Below are positions 17,460 through 21,990 of a stretch of DNA of 21,990 nt, in pieces; within the stretch, counting starts at the first letter, position 1, and every line of letters begins with the position of its first letter. A program made the position numbers and the translations under genes. Location: contig CAZWPQ010000034.1 of assembly GCA_964636085.1 (NCBI GenBank), forward strand, positions 1 through 21,990. The letters are read 5' to 3'. This stretch comes from an uncultured Nitrososphaerota archaeon. GTDB lineage: Archaea > Asgardarchaeota > Njordarchaeia > Njordarchaeales > Panguiarchaeaceae. The notes under the pieces are model-generated. The model saw only the letters and a list, made by a program, of their open reading frames with translations. It did not search any database and was not told the DNA's origin.

Positions 17460-18146
17460 ATGGTGATATCGGAGAGAATTAGGCAGATAGTCTCAGAGTT
17501 AATAAAATTGGGTGCACATGCTGTATATGTCTCTGATAAAGATGGTCTAGAGATATGTTATATTGGGGATACTAACCTTAAAAGTTTCCTCCAATTGTTA
17601 CCGTCTGTGAGAACATGGATACAATATCAGCTAGATATGAACTTCTTAATGTCTCTTCAAGCAAGATATAATCTAAACATAGCGTGCGATGATATACCTA
17701 TAATTCAGCTAAAATTCAAGATGGGGGCAATGAATAGCATATTAATGAGTTACCATGGATTATCGATAGGCTGCATTTATCCAAATAGCGTGGATATTGA
17801 TCCAAGAAGTCTTTTAAAGATACTTAGAGAAATCTTTGATACTATGGCAGGTAGTGCTGGTGCGAGGGAGGATATAATCGATAAAGTAAGGCATTATATT
17901 TTAGAAGCCCGAAAAAACATAAGTGCTGGCGATAGGGAAGGACTTGTTGAAAACTTGGAGCACATAAAAACATATTTACTGGGATCCTCAAATCCCAATG
18001 TTAACAGGTATATTACACACATAGAGAGACTTCTAGATGTGCTAAGGGTTGCAGATTTGGGTGGAGAGGTAGAAAGAAAGGCTAAACGAAGTCTTTTATT
18101 GTTATTTAGGAATATAATAAAATCGCTGGAAACGGCAAAATCTTAG
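17460..18146 (+). CDS. Roadblock/LAMTOR-like domain plus helical C-terminal domain
   Basis: 'IRQIVSELIKLGAHAVYVSDKDGLEI' roadblock-type helix-strand-DG-strand; next to the GTPase. ATG 17460 preferred over TTG 17418. Confidence 0.6.
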   Translation: MVISERIRQIVSELIKLGAHAVYVSDKDGLEICYIGDTNLKSFLQLLPSVRTWIQYQLDMNFLMSLQARYNLNIACDDIPIIQLKFKMGAMNSILMSYHGLSIGCIYPNSVDIDPRSLLKILREIFDTMAGSAGAREDIIDKVRHYILEARKNISAGDREGLVENLEHIKTYLLGSSNPNVNRYITHIERLLDVLRVADLGGEVERKAKRSLLLLFRNIIKSLETAKS

Positions 18147-18161
18147 GCATCTGAGTGACAC

Positions 18162-18749
18162 ATGGAGATGCAAATGTTAACGGCGGGGAATAAGGAGGGC
18201 ATCGATAAGAAGAGCATAGCAGTTGTGGTTAATGTAGATGAAGATCGCATTGGTGCTGTAATAGGAACAAAACATTCAGTGATTAGAAGGATTGAGTCTG
18301 CGTTGAAAGTAAGGGTTAAAGTTAAACGGGGGAAGGGAGAAGTTTTGATATTGTCCAGTAGGGAAAACATAGATAATGTTTTAAAAGCCAAGATGATAAT
18401 AGAGGCGATTGCCAACGGGATACCATCCACATATGCGCTAGATGCTCTAGAAAAAGCGGATTATATACTGGAAATAATAAATATAGATGATTATGCTAGG
18501 GGAAAGAAGGATCTAAGAAGGATTAAGTCAAGGATAATAGGTAGGGGGGGAAGGATTAAAAGAATTATCGAAGATGAACTTAATGTCAATATTTCAATTA
18601 GAGGTAAAAAAGTCGCGATACTCGGCAAATATACGAATGTTCAAGCTGCCAAAGATGCCATAATATCCATATGCAGGGGCAGTAAGCATGGCCGTGTGCT
18701 AAAGAAGATAGAAGAATTTAAGATGATTCAACAGTTGAGGGGGCTATAG
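18162..18749 (+). CDS. KH-domain pre-rRNA processing protein (Dim2/Pno1 family)
   Basis: 'RIGAVIGTK', 'KAKMIIEAIANG', 'RIKSRIIGRGG', 'GSKHGRV'. Confidence 0.88.
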   Translation: MEMQMLTAGNKEGIDKKSIAVVVNVDEDRIGAVIGTKHSVIRRIESALKVRVKVKRGKGEVLILSSRENIDNVLKAKMIIEAIANGIPSTYALDALEKADYILEIINIDDYARGKKDLRRIKSRIIGRGGRIKRIIEDELNVNISIRGKKVAILGKYTNVQAAKDAIISICRGSKHGRVLKKIEEFKMIQQLRGL

Positions 18750-18771
18750 CTGAGGGTACTATAATAACAGC

Positions 18772-18960
18772 TCATAATCTTCGTCTACGAGGAGGTTGAC
18801 CGATTCTATATCCTTTCACAAATCTCTTCCAATAAGCTTCGCGTTTAGCTAGTCTTGGTATGGGAGTGTGTCTCTCCTTGGGCGTAATTCCTAGCATTCT
18901 TAATGCTTCTAGAGTAGCACGCCTAACTTTTCCTGCTTTGTCCAGGGAGCCATGAGTCAT
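18772..18960 (-). CDS. rps30e: 30S ribosomal protein S30e (eS30)
   Basis: 'HGSLDKAGKVR..T', 'PR...R..Y.KRFV'. Confidence 0.93.
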   Translation of the reverse strand: MTHGSLDKAGKVRRATLEALRMLGITPKERHTPIPRLAKREAYWKRFVKGYRIGQPPRRRRL

Positions 18961-19068
18961 CTAAACCACCATGAAGCATACTCATTAAACGTTAGATAAT
19001 AAAAAAATATTAAAATTTTTTGATACTATAGAAATGGCAAAAAATGAGGTATCATGTAAAATTATACT

Positions 19069-19141
19069 GGGCCGGTGGCCTAGTGGCTATGGCGTCCCGC
19101 TTACGACGGGGAGGTCGGCGGTTCAAATCCGCCCCGGCCCA
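19069..19141 (+). tRNA. tRNA-Val(TAC)
   Basis: GGGCCGG/CCGGCCC; TCCCG-CT TAC GA-CGGGG; GGCGG-TTCAAAT-CCGCC. Confidence 0.95.
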
Positions 19142-19165
19142 CTTTTGCCTAGGTGTACAATACTT

Positions 19166-19239
19166 GCGCCGGTGGTCTAGAGGTAGGATGCCAGCCTCCC
19201 AAGCTGGTGACGCGGGTTCGAATCCCGCCCGGCGCACCA
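19166..19239 (+). tRNA. tRNA-Gly(CCC), CCA encoded
   Basis: GCGCCGG/CCGGCGC-A-CCA; CCAGC-CT CCC AA-GCTGG; GCGGG-TTCGAAT-CCCGC. Confidence 0.96.
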
Positions 19240-19286
19240 AAAACATATAGAAGTTCATTGGTTCATAATTTCCTATTGGCAAAATC

Positions 19287-19294
19287 TTTTTATA
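19287..19294 (+). promoter_or_regulatory. Candidate TATA box for the 5S precursor
   Basis: TTTTTATA with GGCAAAAT upstream; would start transcription near 19320, just before the processing stem. Confidence 0.5.
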
Positions 19295-19327
19295 GGCATT
19301 AGGATATAGTATTATTTTGGACATAGC

Positions 19328-19488
19328 AATGGCACGGGGGCCGAAAGCTAAGCCGCGCCACGCCGATCCGAGTAGTCTGGTGGGAGACCCCAGGCGAAAG
19401 GACGGTGCTGTCCGCCCTTTGGGGTGGACGGCCATAGGGCGCGGGCTACGCCCGAACCCATTCCGAACTCGGAAACTCCCGTGCCATT
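19328..19488 (+). rRNA. rrf: 5S rRNA gene, circularly permuted (3' part 19347-19413, linker hairpin, 5' part 19426-19474), within a processing stem
   Basis: 5' hallmarks GGACGGCCATAG...CCCGAACCCATTCCGAACTCGGAA lie downstream of 3' hallmarks GCTAAGCC...AGTA...TGGGAGACC...GCGAAA...GGTGCTGTCC; helices I-V all pair. Confidence 0.92.
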
Positions 19489-19491
19489 TTT
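19487..19491 (+). terminator. Oligo-T terminator candidate after the 5S precursor
   Basis: T5 run at the end of the terminal stem. Confidence 0.4.
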
Positions 19492-19629
19492 ATATCGTGA
19501 GGTTATGATTGTCTTTTTAGGGCGTCTCGCTTTTGTAAGAATATAACCCAGTGGAAATAGATGATATCTAATAGATGTTGATCTATCCTGTATGTTATCA
19601 ACTTAGCCTTTTTTAATAAAATCTTCGTC

Positions 19630-20541
19630 TTAGCGAAGAGATTGTAGGTACGATTGGTTAGATTTTATGGATACAATTGCCTTCAGTATCTCTATTTTTA
19701 GTGTTCTTATATTGGGTCTTATTAGCGATCTTTCTTGATCAATTTTCTCTATTGCAGACATGATGCTCTTTGTGTCGGTTCTTAGCATTCTTTTAATTTT
19801 TTTTAGGATTTGAGCTCCATTCTTTTCGTTGGTAGGTAATTTAATTTTTAATCCATCTCTTAATTGCATAATTAGGCCTCGAAATAGGAGAGATTTGCAT
19901 GATTTTATACTCGCTATATCGCTCCTATAATAAAAGATAAAGTTGGCACTATTTTTATGACGGATAAAGAGCCGTATTGTTGTGACTATTATCTCGAATT
20001 TTGGTGTCTTGATTATTCCAAGTATGAATTCGCCGTTCTCAAGTGCATCAAGGATTCCACAAGAAGATACATAATTATAATTTTTTCTAAGTTCTAGAAT
20101 CCTTCGCTTTATGCTTTCTATTCGCTTTTCAACATTGTTTAGGAGAAGTATTGTTCTATCATTGGGGGCCTTATCAATGAGAATAGTTCCTCTTTGGTCT
20201 TCTGAATGGGCAATTTGATGGTTGTCGCAATAGCTTAGTCTAGCTATTACAAATGCATTGGCAATATTTTCATAGACATTAATTATAATCTCATATAGCC
20301 TAGATAGTAATTCATCTAATTTCCAGTAGATGGCCAGATGATTGCTTCTAAAGAATTTTAAATTGTAGTATATTGAGTCCATTTCTGATATAAGATATTC
20401 CATGTAGAAGACTGTATCTATAGTGCTTCTATAAATGTCGGCTAAAACCATGTCTCTGCGCCTTGGCCATTTTTTATACTGTCGGTACTTTTTATTACAT
20501 GGAGAGAATATAAAGGTACAAATTACTATGATGTTATCCAC
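19630..20541 (-). CDS. Hypothetical protein: helical/coiled-coil N-terminus and PH-like domain
   Basis: 'LENGEFIL...IIVTTIRLFI...YRSDIASIK..KSLL...LIMQLRDG.KIKL...AQILKKI' resembles bacterial-type PH domains; the true start may be the later Met (MVLAD). Confidence 0.55.
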   Translation of the reverse strand: MDNIIVICTFIFSPCNKKYRQYKKWPRRRDMVLADIYRSTIDTVFYMEYLISEMDSIYYNLKFFRSNHLAIYWKLDELLSRLYEIIINVYENIANAFVIARLSYCDNHQIAHSEDQRGTILIDKAPNDRTILLLNNVEKRIESIKRRILELRKNYNYVSSCGILDALENGEFILGIIKTPKFEIIVTTIRLFIRHKNSANFIFYYRSDIASIKSCKSLLFRGLIMQLRDGLKIKLPTNEKNGAQILKKIKRMLRTDTKSIMSAIEKIDQERSLIRPNIRTLKIEILKAIVSIKSNQSYLQSLR

Positions 20542-20652
20542 ATATACATATTAGTAGTTCTGTGTGGTTTTTTCTGGCATTTAAAATTTTTATGTTTCCT
20601 TAAATACTACTATAAAACGAATAGTATAGGAAAAATAAAAAGTGATCTGGTT

Positions 20653-21441
20653 ATGAGTCAAAAAAACGAAAAAACGAAGATTGAGTCAACATCTAAAGGA
20701 GATGAATATAGTCTGATGGTATATGAAAAACCACCTCTGATTCGTCTATGGTCACATAGAATTAGAAAGTTCCTTTACAAGCTTATTAGGTATATTGATG
20801 AGACGCTAGTAATTCCCGATGATATCCAACATGATGTAGTGAAGACAACAATAGATTGCGTTCTCTACATAATGGATGCTAAGAGTAAACTAAGAGTTCG
20901 TTTATATGATTTATCCTTAGCCTGTTTTTGGCTTAAACTCCAAGAATATGGAATAACAGAGATTTCATTACTCAAATTGATAAAGGTAGCAAGGAAAACA
21001 TTGAATCACAGAATAACTCATGGAAAAGTGCTTAGAGTGGTATCGTATCTTAGGGAGAATGCGTTCAAATCAAATGACTCATTAGGTGAGATAAAAAGAA
21101 ATATCGTGATGATTTTAGAGAGAATGTTCAGTGATAAAAAATTTATCAAAAAAAAGTTTGGTGTTAGTTCCTCAATTTCCTACAACATAATAGACCTGAA
21201 GCTAAAAATAATTGACAGCCTCTCAGAATGTCTATCGAAGATACCCGCCGATTATCTCATAGGGCCACCAAGAAAAGTGTTGGCCGCCGCATTACTATAT
21301 GCGTTTCTCCGAAAGTATCGTGAGAAGGGAGGACCCAAAATCTCGGCCAGTGATATCGAACGATATTCAGGTGTATGCAAATTTACCATCCTTAGGAAAT
21401 ACAAGAGACTCCAAAGGTATGCGGACTTACATATATTTTGA
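20653..21441 (+). CDS. TFIIB/TFB-like cyclin-fold protein lacking the Zn ribbon
   Basis: 'G.PRKVLAAALLY...ISASDIERYSGVCKFTILRKYKRL' matches the TFB second cyclin repeat and HTH; degenerate first repeat 'LSLACFWL...ISLLKLIKVA'. Confidence 0.7.
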   Translation: MSQKNEKTKIESTSKGDEYSLMVYEKPPLIRLWSHRIRKFLYKLIRYIDETLVIPDDIQHDVVKTTIDCVLYIMDAKSKLRVRLYDLSLACFWLKLQEYGITEISLLKLIKVARKTLNHRITHGKVLRVVSYLRENAFKSNDSLGEIKRNIVMILERMFSDKKFIKKKFGVSSSISYNIIDLKLKIIDSLSECLSKIPADYLIGPPRKVLAAALLYAFLRKYREKGGPKISASDIERYSGVCKFTILRKYKRLQRYADLHIF

Positions 21442-21990
21442 TGATAATGATCAATTCTTCAGTATCATCTTTATGTCTTCACACACATAGAGTGACCGTT
21501 ATGAGGAAATCATATGTGTATTCTTTCAAACCATTCGTATATGAGGTACATCGAGGGGTATATAAATATAAGGTTGATGAAAACTTTAAGGACGCTATTA
21601 ATGCATTATTTCCTCAAGTTGTTAAATCTTTATCAAAGTATGAGAACAGCCGAATATTGAGGTTCAGCATATTATTAAAAGAAGCGACGGAGATTATAGA
21701 AGGGAGTGTTGTTCTTAAGAGATTATTAAACCCTATAGTTACAAAGTTTACGCATGATGTGTACGAGCTTATATCTATGTTTCTCCTGTTTAAGTTATTC
21801 AGATTGGAGAAGATATTTCCATTAATGTGTGATGGAATGGTAAATGAAATTTATATAGACGGTCCAGGAAAAAAGGTATATATAGATCATGCTCTTTTTG
21901 GAAGACTTGAAACTAATATAGAAGTAACAACTAGGGATATAGAATCATTAATTTTTTTCATTAAAATCTACGGGGATTCATTACTATTTG
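21441..21990 (+). CDS. Type II/IV secretion or pilus ATPase (VirB11/CpaF/FlaI family), 5' partial
   Basis: Open frame from ATG 21441 to the window end, with 'LEKIFPLMCDGMVNEIYIDGPGKKVYIDHALFGRLETNI'; not in the ORF track because it lacks a stop here. Walker motifs lie beyond the window. Confidence 0.75.
   Translation, partial: MIMINSSVSSLCLHTHRVTVMRKSYVYSFKPFVYEVHRGVYKYKVDENFKDAINALFPQVVKSLSKYENSRILRFSILLKEATEIIEGSVVLKRLLNPIVTKFTHDVYELISMFLLFKLFRLEKIFPLMCDGMVNEIYIDGPGKKVYIDHALFGRLETNIEVTTRDIESLIFFIKIYGDSLLF

Noticed and set aside
19328-19488. Reading the GC-rich element as SRP RNA, RNase P RNA or a junction of two tandem 5S copies
   Set aside because: Too short and lacking SRP/RNase P motifs; each 5S segment occurs once, and the flanks form a splice-type stem rather than 5S sequence.
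19044-19508. ORFs 19044-19250, 19052-19435 and 19317-19508
   Set aside because: Chance frames across GC-rich tRNA-Val, tRNA-Gly and 5S genes.
20608-20626. TACTAT-N7-ATAGTA inverted repeat
   Set aside because: Only 6-bp arms in very AT-rich DNA; expected by chance.
1-21990. CRISPR arrays, transposases, integrases, inteins
   Set aside because: No spaced direct repeats or such protein motifs seen; no obvious duplicated tRNA 3' end suggesting an att site.

Overview
Low-GC archaeal chromosomal region with GC-rich structural RNAs, probably from a thermophile. Several eukaryote-like signatures suggest an Asgard or Asgard-related lineage (inference). In order: a partial CDS; a UPF0147-rps24e-rps27ae-uL15 run; a Hel308-type helicase divergent from an operon of Smc5/6-like SMC, unknown protein, MAGE/Nse3-like tandem winged-helix, eukaryote-like PriL, UBA5-like E1 and a coiled-coil protein; a TadC-like membrane protein; a divergent EF-2; intron-containing tRNA-Ser(GCT), a C/D box sRNA and tRNA-Lys(CTT); cysS; a longin-small GTPase fusion with a roadblock partner; a Dim2/Pno1 KH protein; rps30e; tRNA-Val(TAC) and tRNA-Gly(CCC); a 5S rRNA gene; a PH-like protein; a TFB-like cyclin-fold protein; and a partial secretion/pilus ATPase. 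The standout is the 5S rRNA gene (19328-19488), which is circularly permuted: its 3' half precedes its 5' half and the normal ends are joined by a hairpin. The new ends lie in a bulge-helix splicing motif whose predicted cleavage and ligation regenerate the conserved CCGAACTCGGAA-GCTAAG segment, giving a 128-nt circular 5S. All family calls are motif recognition by eye, not database searches.
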